The translations under genes were made by a program, and so were the position numbers. From assembly GCA_963716055.1 (NCBI GenBank), contig CAVQSR010000001.1, positions 1,350,791-1,414,790 on the forward strand: a DNA stretch of 64,000 nucleotides. The letters are read 5' to 3'. Positions 1 to 7,214 of the stretch are shown here, one piece after another; position 1 is the first letter of the stretch; every line of letters starts with the position of its first letter. The notes under the pieces were generated by a model that was not told the DNA's origin, searched no databases, and worked only from the letters and a program-made list of their open reading frames with translations. Source of the DNA: an uncultured Gemmatimonadales bacterium. Its GTDB lineage: Bacteria > Gemmatimonadota > Gemmatimonadetes > Gemmatimonadales > GWC2-71-9.

Positions 1-3000
1 CCGATTCACTCCCGCTCCACGACATACTGCGGCCAAACGCCGCCTGCGCGATATCTGTTCCAGAGTATCCCACGTCGACAGCTGCTTCAGCTTTCACAGC
101 CCAGTCGGCCGGATTTGGGTAACCAGCCAGCGGCGCGAGATGCAGCTCCTTCAAGGTGTCCATCTGGAGCAACTCTCTGAGGAGTGTCGCATCATTGCCT
201 ACCAAGTGTTGGACGATTTCTGAGGGAAATAGGTCCCCGGGCAGAGTCGCCATGAGTCGCCGCCGATCATCGACGCTCAACCGCTCTAGCGCCGCACTAA
301 TCGTTTCCTCACAGCGCCAGAGCTCGGAATTCTGATGTAACCGCTCGGCCAGCCACTCCATCGCTAGCGATGGGTCTGCCTGGAGAATCTCACGGAGAGA
401 CCACTCGTCACATGGAACGCGCAGGACTGCCCGGTGCCACACCTCGCGCAGAGACTCTCGTACGGTGCCTTTGGGATCAGCAGTCCATTCACCAATCGCC
501 GCTGCCGAAGCGATGAACGGGTCCCGGTGGGATAGGAGCCGCCGGACGACTGCTTCGGGAAGCTCCAAGCGTAGACAGAGACTCTCGATCCACTGCGCGC
601 CGCCATCCAGGCGCTCCAGTGCAAGGTCGATCAGCTCTTCTGGCGTTGCCTCCTCCTGTAGCACCGTGATCGCCGCCATAAGACGCTGTCGACCATCATC
701 AAGGCAGAGTAGGGCAAGCTGGTGACTCGTCGAAGCCTTATCTCGAAGTAATCGCCGTAGAAAGGGCTGCAGGAGGTCGGACGATGCGTTTCCCGCAAGG
801 AACGCCTCAAGCCAGGGTGCGCAGTCGTCCGTTTGATCCGCAATCACCTGGCACACATGCGGGGTCCACCGCGGCCACGGGTTGCTAATGAGGCGACCTT
901 CTTCCTCATGGCGAAGCATCTCGGGAACTGAGAGACCGGGGCCGGCCTGTGCCCATCGTGTCGCCAGTGCTGTCGCTCGCTCTCGCTGTTCCTCTTCCTC
1001 GGCTCGCCAGTCCCCCCGCTCCCGGTGAGGGAAGAGCGTCTCGAAGTCAGCGTCGACCGAGGCGGACAAGTCGACGCCGAATCGATCCGCGACTGAGGCT
1101 ACCCAGTGAAGAAACCCTGAGTGACCTTTGCCTGCATCCGCAAGATCGCGCAACATCTCGCCGGCAAAGGAGGCGGCTTCAGCGGCAAGGGGCTCCGGTA
1201 GCGGTCGAGACGGACGCGGATGATAGGCCCACGCAGACACAACGTCTTGCACGGGTTTCCAGTGCTGTACCGGCTCGTTGGCAAGTCGCCCGCGAACTGC
1301 TGGCCACATTGCACGAATCGCTCGCGCCTCCTCAAGAGACACGAACCCGAATGAGAGCGTGAGATTTCGGCCACTGCCCGGTTCCGGCTCGGTGCGCTCG
1401 AATTCCGGGGACAGTGCCAATACGAGCGCATGCAGCCCGACTGCCGGGTTCCGACCTTCGTCCAACCAGTGCTGCGCAGTCTTCAGCAGCTGGGTTCGCC
1501 GTTCGAGCACGGACGGCGTGCCGGGCACTGCCGCATGGATCCAGTCGGCAACCTGTCGCAGCGCATGATCAGGATGCGAATGCAGCGCGCGGTTGTCTCC
1601 AATGGCACCGCCCAGCAGTATCGGGAGCGCGACCTCAGGCGCCGTCTCCAGCATGGTCCGACCGATTCGTCCGACCCATTCCGGATGCTCCGTCGCAATC
1701 CAAGTCGTCTCACGTCGGCCGAGTCGGGAATACAAAGCCCACAGGTCATGGGAGCCGCAACGCTCAATAAGGCTCCGCACCAAGTCCTCTGAAACCCGGG
1801 CGCCTCGATGTTGAGCCCGGACAACCGTAAGTGTCAGTTCCTCCACGTTCGGTGCGACCGAAAGCAGGGGTTCGATCGGCAGGGACGTAGGACCAGCGAA
1901 GAACACGTCCCGCACCAGTACATCGCGCAATGCTGGCGGTCGCACAGTGAGTCGTTCTCGATCGACCTCAACCAATACGCCGCCGGCCGCAAGGTGCGAG
2001 ACCCGTTCGCGAAGTCTGGAGGCAGGCTCCTCCAAGTAATCCGCCACGGCCTGCATGGCCATCCCTGCATCGCCGCCCGCTGCAAACACGGCGAGCAACG
2101 TCTTCGTGTCACCGCCAATAAGTCGGTTGAACACAAAGGCGATCTCTTGCGCCAGAGCATCGCCTTGTGCTACAGCCCTCACGTCTCCTCGCAAGCACAG
2201 ATTGGAAAGTGTGACGGCTAGGCCCGGCTTCCCTTCAGCCTGATTCACAATCTCTTGGATCAGTCCGCGCGGGCCGCCGATGCCCGCGCCTCTCACAACT
2301 GCCGCAATCTCATCCTGAGACAATAGGTCCAACCCACGCACTGATGCGGATGGTACATCCAAAGCTCGCGCGACGTCATCGCGGCTCCCGGGCCACGAGT
2401 CGGCGATGATACGGAACTCACCCCCCATCTCGGATCGCAGGCGACGCAGCTGCGGCAGGCGGTCGAGTTGTAGATGCGCGTTCTCGACAACGAGTGCAGA
2501 AGGATTCTCGCGACGAATACCCGCGGCTATCTCACCCAAGTCGGGCGTATGAGCAAAGAGGCCTCCCTGCTCCTTGGCGAAGTGGTAAAGCAGGAATGTC
2601 TTCCCCACGCCCGGTTGTCCAACGACCAGGAGATCGCCCGGAGTGTGCACCAGCCATAGCATGTCCTGCGAGCGCCCAACCAACACATCACCGATCACGG
2701 ACCGCCCGGGCTGCGGCATCACAGACAGTGGCGGAGGCCCCCCGACGATCCCGAGCAACTCTTGGCACCACTCGGGACGGCGATACAGAAGGTCTGTGAA
2801 CGCAGGGCGATCGTGAATCTGTGTTAGTGTGAAGCCTAGATCGCGCGCCACCTTCTCGAGGGCACTACGCCGCCGGGCAGAAACCGATTGTGAGGTAGCG
2901 AATACGACTGCTCTACGTGTTCCACCACGGGCTAGGTACGACTGGAGATTCCGACGCAGATTGCGACCGAGATCGGCGCCGATCGTCGTGACCAGCGGAA

Positions 3001-3181
3001 ACGGAAGTCCTGCGCCATCGGCAATGGCGCCGTCCATACCCGCGTCGTCGCCACCGCGGATCGGCACGAGGGTGGGGTGTACAGCACCGAGGAGGTCGGC
3101 TGCACAGCGTTCGAACAGCTCGGGGTCGAGCTTGCCGCCTAGTCCTGCTTCGATGTCACGATAAAACGAGTCGCGTATCAT
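1..3181 (-). CDS. Large P-loop NTPase (AAA/STAND-like) with Mrr-like N-terminal domain and long alpha-helical C-terminal region; 3' end runs off the window (>=1060 aa seen)
   Basis: Absent from the ORF track because it has no in-window stop. My translation of the minus strand from ATG 3181..3179 stays open to position 2. All listed minus ORFs in 1-3180 have starts congruent to 0 mod 3; this frame is 1 mod 3. Begins MIRDSFYRDIEAGLGG. Walker A VVGQPGVGKTFLL (Lys codon 2602..2600). Walker-B-like ALVVENAH about 40 aa later. N-term LFERCAADLLG..IRGGDDAGMDG resembles the start of Mrr_cat. Confidence 0.75.
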   Translation of the reverse strand, partial: MIRDSFYRDIEAGLGGKLDPELFERCAADLLGAVHPTLVPIRGGDDAGMDGAIADGAGLPFPLVTTIGADLGRNLRRNLQSYLARGGTRRAVVFATSQSVSARRRSALEKVARDLGFTLTQIHDRPAFTDLLYRRPEWCQELLGIVGGPPPLSVMPQPGRSVIGDVLVGRSQDMLWLVHTPGDLLVVGQPGVGKTFLLYHFAKEQGGLFAHTPDLGEIAAGIRRENPSALVVENAHLQLDRLPQLRRLRSEMGGEFRIIADSWPGSRDDVARALDVPSASVRGLDLLSQDEIAAVVRGAGIGGPRGLIQEIVNQAEGKPGLAVTLSNLCLRGDVRAVAQGDALAQEIAFVFNRLIGGDTKTLLAVFAAGGDAGMAMQAVADYLEEPASRLRERVSHLAAGGVLVEVDRERLTVRPPALRDVLVRDVFFAGPTSLPIEPLLSVAPNVEELTLTVVRAQHRGARVSEDLVRSLIERCGSHDLWALYSRLGRRETTWIATEHPEWVGRIGRTMLETAPEVALPILLGGAIGDNRALHSHPDHALRQVADWIHAAVPGTPSVLERRTQLLKTAQHWLDEGRNPAVGLHALVLALSPEFERTEPEPGSGRNLTLSFGFVSLEEARAIRAMWPAVRGRLANEPVQHWKPVQDVVSAWAYHPRPSRPLPEPLAAEAASFAGEMLRDLADAGKGHSGFLHWVASVADRFGVDLSASVDADFETLFPHRERGDWRAEEEEQRERATALATRWAQAGPGLSVPEMLRHEEEGRLISNPWPRWTPHVCQVIADQTDDCAPWLEAFLAGNASSDLLQPFLRRLLRDKASTSHQLALLCLDDGRQRLMAAITVLQEEATPEELIDLALERLDGGAQWIESLCLRLELPEAVVRRLLSHRDPFIASAAAIGEWTADPKGTVRESLREVWHRAVLRVPCDEWSLREILQADPSLAMEWLAERLHQNSELWRCEETISAALERLSVDDRRRLMATLPGDLFPSEIVQHLVGNDATLLRELLQMDTLKELHLAPLAGYPNPADWAVKAEAAVDVGYSGTDIAQAAFGRSMSWSGSES

Positions 3182-3407
3182 TCTTCAGAGCCTACCACCA
3201 ATGTCGGCCGCTTGGAAACAGCACCGCGACGACGCTAGTAACACTAGCAGAGCCGCACCCTTAGTCTGCGAGGTACTGGATTACGACGGCTCCGTCACCA
3301 GATCCACGATCATTTTGACCCGGGATTCGATCTCCTGGCGAGTAGGCTTCACCGTCTGAAAAACGAAGTTGATCGTCTTGGCCTCGCTGCTCCCTCACGC
3401 GGTCGCG

Positions 3408-3572
3408 CTAATGCGTATTGAAGTCGTTGTATGGTGCCTTGAGCGCTAACGCGACGTAGATCTCGAGAAGGGCTTGCCGGCATGGATCCGGCTCTTCTAC
3501 AAAACGGATCTTCATCTTTCGGATGCGCTTCCTAGCGAGGCGGAACGCAGTGACGAAGCCGTCATCCGTCAT
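3408..3572 (-). CDS. Small hypothetical ORF (54 aa), start overlaps the stop of the upstream hydrolase gene
   Basis: Below the ORF-track size cutoff. ATG 3572..3570 lies in GATGACGGATGA and overlaps the hydrolase stop (3564..3562). Reads MTDDGFVTAFRLARKRIRKMKIRFVEEPDPCRQALLEIYVALALKAPYNDFNTH*. No recognisable domain. Confidence 0.2.
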   Translation of the reverse strand: MTDDGFVTAFRLARKRIRKMKIRFVEEPDPCRQALLEIYVALALKAPYNDFNTH

Positions 3573-5691
3573 CAAGTGGGCGCGTGAACCGTCCGCTCTG
3601 TAGCTCGCTCACAACAGTCGAGATCCCAGCTAGCATAAGAATTATTGTGAACACAAGTAGTAGGTAGTTGAAGAGCCAGTCGGACGGCAGCCCTTCAAGG
3701 AGCAGCCACGAAAGACCGAAGACCATCCACACAATCATCGCCATGAAAAAGAGAGTGACTCGCATCCTACCGCGCGGAAGAACCCCGTTGCCTCCAGGCC
3801 ACTGGTTGGCCAGGACCCGATCCTGCTCCGCGCGGACCCAGAATCGCCATAAGCTGCGCAGGAGGCCGCAACTGGCCACGTGGATGAGGGCGATCCCCCC
3901 CAGAAGTACCGCGACCCGGGTAGCCTTTGACGCGACAGCGGGTAGCCAGGCTGGCAGTTTGAGTGGTTGCGGCACCAATTCTGAATATTTGAACCATACA
4001 GAGGCGCCCACAGTTAGCCAGGCAATCCCGACAGCGCGGCGCGCCAGCCGCAGCCAACCGACCCGCCAGGCCGCGCGCGCATCCACAGCAGGCGGGACCG
4101 GTGAAAGCTCGTCCCTCCAGGGGCTCATCGCTGTCTCCGCGCACTCCCTTAGGACGCGCAGAACGAAGCCATCGAGATTGTCCCAATAGGCAGAGTGGTC
4201 GGCAAGCCGCGAGCCAAGGTTCCAGATCCGGACCGATTCCGGTACGCCTGGTTCGGTGGTTCTCATGGGACCGTTCGGCACGGGGTCATGCGACGCGTAG
4301 AGGTCGATCCACCGATGCAAGCCCAGGGGTCTTCGTACTTGCTCGACGAGGCTCTTCATGCGCTGAGAGAGGATCCGGTATGAGAATATCCCTAGCACTA
4401 CGAATGCTGCGGCGAGGAATGTTACGCGATTTAAAGGCGCGTGCTTGAAGGGCACCGAACGGCTAAGGGATCCCCATGCGACGAGTGTTCCGAGAAGGAA
4501 CCCCGAGAGTAGCAAGAAGGATAGCAATGCGCTCAGGCGTTGCAACCACGGCTTCGAGACCAGCAAGGCAGCCGACCGTGTCCCCAGGTTGGGCCACAGC
4601 TTCAAAGCTAGGTAGATAATCAATCCAACGAATACTGCGACAGCCGAAGGAGCAAGCGCGACTCCGACGGCCTTCAGAATGTCCAGGAAGGTGATCCTTT
4701 GAGCTATGACATCTACAAACAGCCAGAGAGACAATCCGATGGCGATGACGATGGCTATGGTAGCAAGCAATGTGGGGTTCTTCTCTACCTTGGCAAATCT
4801 GGCTGACAAAACTTTCAGACTGACGAGCAGCGCCGTGCCAGCGCCGAATGTCACTAGGCTGTCTGGAACGACACGTGGCCCCAGGGGATCTTGGCGTGTC
4901 GCCTCACTAGTTTCTGCCGCTGTCCCGAGGATCCCACCCAGCGCGTCCATCGCGACGGCCGCGCCTTGCGAATGGGCGACGACGACCGTGGTCTCGCAGC
5001 ACTGCTTCAGTCGTGCGAGTCCCCCAAGGACCCGCGTGCGAATCAGCGCGGCCCGGATCGGACTCTTGACGAATGCGAGGCTATCGCCGACGATCGCCGC
5101 GAACCCTCCCCTCGCAGCGAGGATCCGGGTCCGCAGTTGCGGGATAGGGAGCAGTCCAGCGACTAGTCCGATTGCCAAAATGGCGATGTACAAGGGCGCG
5201 AACAGCAGAGCTATGGGGAGCCAGGCGTAGGTTTTGACTACCGAGACGATTTTATTGCTGACCTTGCCTGACTCGGCTGCGGTCCAGTACCTCTGCGCAA
5301 TGCGGAGGGCGATGGACCATGGCAGCGCCGTCACGCTCCAGGAAACAAGCTCTCGGTAGCTCGGAGCCAGGAAGGCGTCCGCCCACCACCCCTCGCAAAG
5401 CAGCCAACTCTCCTGACTTTCGCCCGCTCGTAGCCGAACAACCGCTTCCGCGCGACCCTCGTCATCTGGACCAGCCTGCAACGCGGTCGCGCTAACCCTG
5501 TAGTTCGTCGCTCGGCCGATTGTCTGCAATAGTACGTCGCCCCACCGAACGAGGGTTTCCCCGGACCGCTGTGAACCGATCCCATGTACGAGGAGCACAC
5601 CGAGCTGGTATTCCTTCGGCGCTTGGAGGGAAACACCAGAGAGGTCGTGGCCCCCCTCACTGTGATCGAGCCGACGGGTTGGTGTCATCAC
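3562..5691 (-). CDS. Membrane-embedded alpha/beta-hydrolase (lipase/esterase-like serine hydrolase), 709 aa
   Basis: ORF-track protein. Oxyanion-type LLVHGIGS (res 33-40), nucleophile elbow VVVAHSQGA (Ser241), then DLYASHDPV (Asp469) and LADHSAYW (His499). Hydrophobic helices at about 155-182, 307-441 (four) and 550-697 (about four). GGGAGA lies 5 nt upstream of the ATG. Confidence 0.75.
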   Translation of the reverse strand: MMTPTRRLDHSEGGHDLSGVSLQAPKEYQLGVLLVHGIGSQRSGETLVRWGDVLLQTIGRATNYRVSATALQAGPDDEGRAEAVVRLRAGESQESWLLCEGWWADAFLAPSYRELVSWSVTALPWSIALRIAQRYWTAAESGKVSNKIVSVVKTYAWLPIALLFAPLYIAILAIGLVAGLLPIPQLRTRILAARGGFAAIVGDSLAFVKSPIRAALIRTRVLGGLARLKQCCETTVVVAHSQGAAVAMDALGGILGTAAETSEATRQDPLGPRVVPDSLVTFGAGTALLVSLKVLSARFAKVEKNPTLLATIAIVIAIGLSLWLFVDVIAQRITFLDILKAVGVALAPSAVAVFVGLIIYLALKLWPNLGTRSAALLVSKPWLQRLSALLSFLLLSGFLLGTLVAWGSLSRSVPFKHAPLNRVTFLAAAFVVLGIFSYRILSQRMKSLVEQVRRPLGLHRWIDLYASHDPVPNGPMRTTEPGVPESVRIWNLGSRLADHSAYWDNLDGFVLRVLRECAETAMSPWRDELSPVPPAVDARAAWRVGWLRLARRAVGIAWLTVGASVWFKYSELVPQPLKLPAWLPAVASKATRVAVLLGGIALIHVASCGLLRSLWRFWVRAEQDRVLANQWPGGNGVLPRGRMRVTLFFMAMIVWMVFGLSWLLLEGLPSDWLFNYLLLVFTIILMLAGISTVVSELQSGRFTRPLDDG

Positions 5692-5807
5692 AGTCTCCCA
5701 GTGAACCGTTTCAGGTGGTGTGACTCATTCAACTAGTTATTTGACGTCCGAATGACTGCGCCGAGCGCATCAGCATCTGCGTGCCATGGACCGCCGGTAT
5801 GGCCCGT

Positions 5808-6068
5808 TTACTCTGGTCGTTCGTCTGGTGCTTCTGTAGCCTCGGCGGACAGGTCCTCGCGGAGGAGTCTGATGATCCCGGGGACGTGCCGGCGAGCTGG
5901 CGCTGTCCGATTTCTCTCCCAGTTGTAGACCGTTGTCTTGTCCACGGCAAGTCGCTCGGCCACCTCGCGCTGCAGTAACCCCAATTCGAGCCGCCGCCAG
6001 TGGAGCCGGTCCCCAAGGGTCTTGATCTCCTTCGGATAGCCTACCGGCAGCGGCTTCCGTCCCTTCAA
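5808..6068 (-). CDS. XRE-family helix-turn-helix transcriptional regulator (about 86 aa from TTG start)
   Basis: The C-terminal 86 aa of ORF 5808..6188 read KEIKTLGDRLHWRRLELGLLQREVAERLAVDKTTVYNWERNRTAP, a classic HTH_3/XRE pattern. The track's N-terminal extension is R/G-rich and overlaps the comM fragment. In-frame TTG at 6068..6066 chosen as start (uncertain). Confidence 0.6.
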   Translation of the reverse strand: MKGRKPLPVGYPKEIKTLGDRLHWRRLELGLLQREVAERLAVDKTTVYNWERNRTAPARRHVPGIIRLLREDLSAEATEAPDERPE

Positions 6069-6097
6069 AGTGGCATGGCAAAAAGGCAACGCAGGAA

Positions 6098-6619
6098 TGT
6101 CCCTACGGCTACGCGGGCGACCCCCACCACGACTGCACCTGCGGCCCCCCGGACGTGCAGCGTTACCTCGCGCGCGTCTCGGGGCCATTGCTCGACCGCA
6201 TCGACATCCACCTGGAGGTGCCGGCTGTGAAGTACCGCGAGCTGTCCGAGCGCGCGGCCGGGGAGCCGAGTGCCGCGATCCGCGCGCGGGTGGACCGGGC
6301 GCGGACCACGCAGCGCGCGCGGTTCGCCGGGCGGCCCGGCGTGTTCGCCAACGCGCACATGGGGCCGCGCGACATCCGGGCCCACTGCCGCGTGAGCGAC
6401 GGCGCGGAGGCGTTGCTGCGGACGGCGATCACCCGGCTTGGCCTTTCAGCGCGAGCGTATCACCGCATTCTCAAGATCGCCCGCACGATCGCGGATCTGG
6501 ACGGCGCCGCGGGCCTGGAGCCGAAGCATGTGAGCGAGGCGATTCAATACCGCAGTCTGGACCGGCGGGGCGGAATGACACCGGGTCCCGTCGTTCCCAT
6601 TTCGACACACGGGCGGTAA
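6098..6619 (+). pseudogene. comM: 3' fragment (C-terminal about 173 aa) of comM/yifB Mg-chelatase-like ATPase, 5'-truncated
   Basis: In-frame reading from 6098 gives CPYGYAGDPHHDCTCGPPDVQRYLARVSGPLLDRIDIHLEVP...SARAYHRILKIARTIADLDG...HVSEAIQYRSLDR. This is the conserved Cys cluster and C-terminal domain of the ComM/YifB family. The approximately 330 N-terminal residues (Lon-like and AAA+ parts) are missing, and upstream sequence in that frame (WHGKKATQE) is unrelated. Confidence 0.8.
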
Positions 6620-6663
6620 CGTCGGCCGCCGTCCCGACTCGCCCTGGTAACGTAACAGGCCAT

Positions 6664-6671
6664 TGTATAAT
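6664..6671 (+). promoter_or_regulatory. Extended -10 promoter element TGTATAAT
   Basis: Exact TGnTATAAT at 6664-6671 in a locally AT-rich patch of the 6620-6829 intergenic region, about 160 nt upstream of ORF 6830. Confidence 0.35.
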
Positions 6672-6829
6672 GATTTACGGAATTCACCACAGCCGGCACG
6701 GTCATTGCTTACTCCCGGTCCGGAGGATGGTCCTCCCACAACGACAAGAGCACACCCGGGGCGACCCGGGGTCGCAAAGCCAGGGGTCTCTCCGAGACAG
6801 CCCAGCTGCCGAAAGTGAGATGAGCGCGC

Positions 6830-7186
6830 ATGAACAGCTTCGATTCAGGGCCCGCGGCCGTACGATCGGCCGCCCGCCAATCCCAGCAGCTGGTGACCTA
6901 CCTCCTCAACGGACCGGATGACCCCGCGGCGTGGGCCGAGCTCGCGCGCCTCGCGGACGGCATCCGGGCCGAAGCCGCCGCGCAGTCGCTCAGTGAGCTG
7001 GAGGGGGTCGCCGCGAGCATCGCGGCCATGGCGGACGTCGCCGTGCTCGACGCGCACACCACGATGGAGCTCGACGCCGCGGCGGACCGACTCCTCGTCC
7101 TCACGGACCGGGCCTCGCAGTCCCTGGAGGCGCTGACGCTGCCGGAGGAAGACGCTGTCGCGGGGCCCTACTCGGATGCCGGGTAG
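6830..7186 (+). CDS. Hypothetical protein (118 aa), Ala/Leu-rich helical
   Basis: ORF-track ORF in an otherwise empty interval. No recognisable motif, and coding status not verified. Confidence 0.35.
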   Translation: MNSFDSGPAAVRSAARQSQQLVTYLLNGPDDPAAWAELARLADGIRAEAAAQSLSELEGVAASIAAMADVAVLDAHTTMELDAAADRLLVLTDRASQSLEALTLPEEDAVAGPYSDAG

Positions 7187-7214
7187 CGCCGCGGCCCCGC
7201 CCGGTCGGAAAGTC

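Larger units (their letters stand above)
1..6097. mobile_element. Right-hand portion of a genomic island inserted in comM; left end and any integrase lie outside the window
   Basis: GC is visibly lower than the flanking chromosome, with AT-rich runs such as 3630-3660 that are rare elsewhere. The region ends exactly where comM homology starts (about 6098). Cargo is accessory-type genes, all on one strand. Confidence 0.55.

Noticed and set aside
364-2490. Cluster of 60-137-aa ORFs on both strands listed in the track across the first 3 kb
   Set aside because: All are off-frame or antisense shadows of the single >=1060-aa minus-strand ORF (frame 1 mod 3). Their sequences are low-complexity and R/S/P-rich with no motifs.
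6070-6921. 283-aa plus-strand ORF and 6065..6385 / 6163..6432 minus ORFs overlapping the comM fragment
   Set aside because: R/P/G-rich translations. The comM frame (6098..6619) carries unmistakable conserved motifs, so the other frames are high-GC artefacts.
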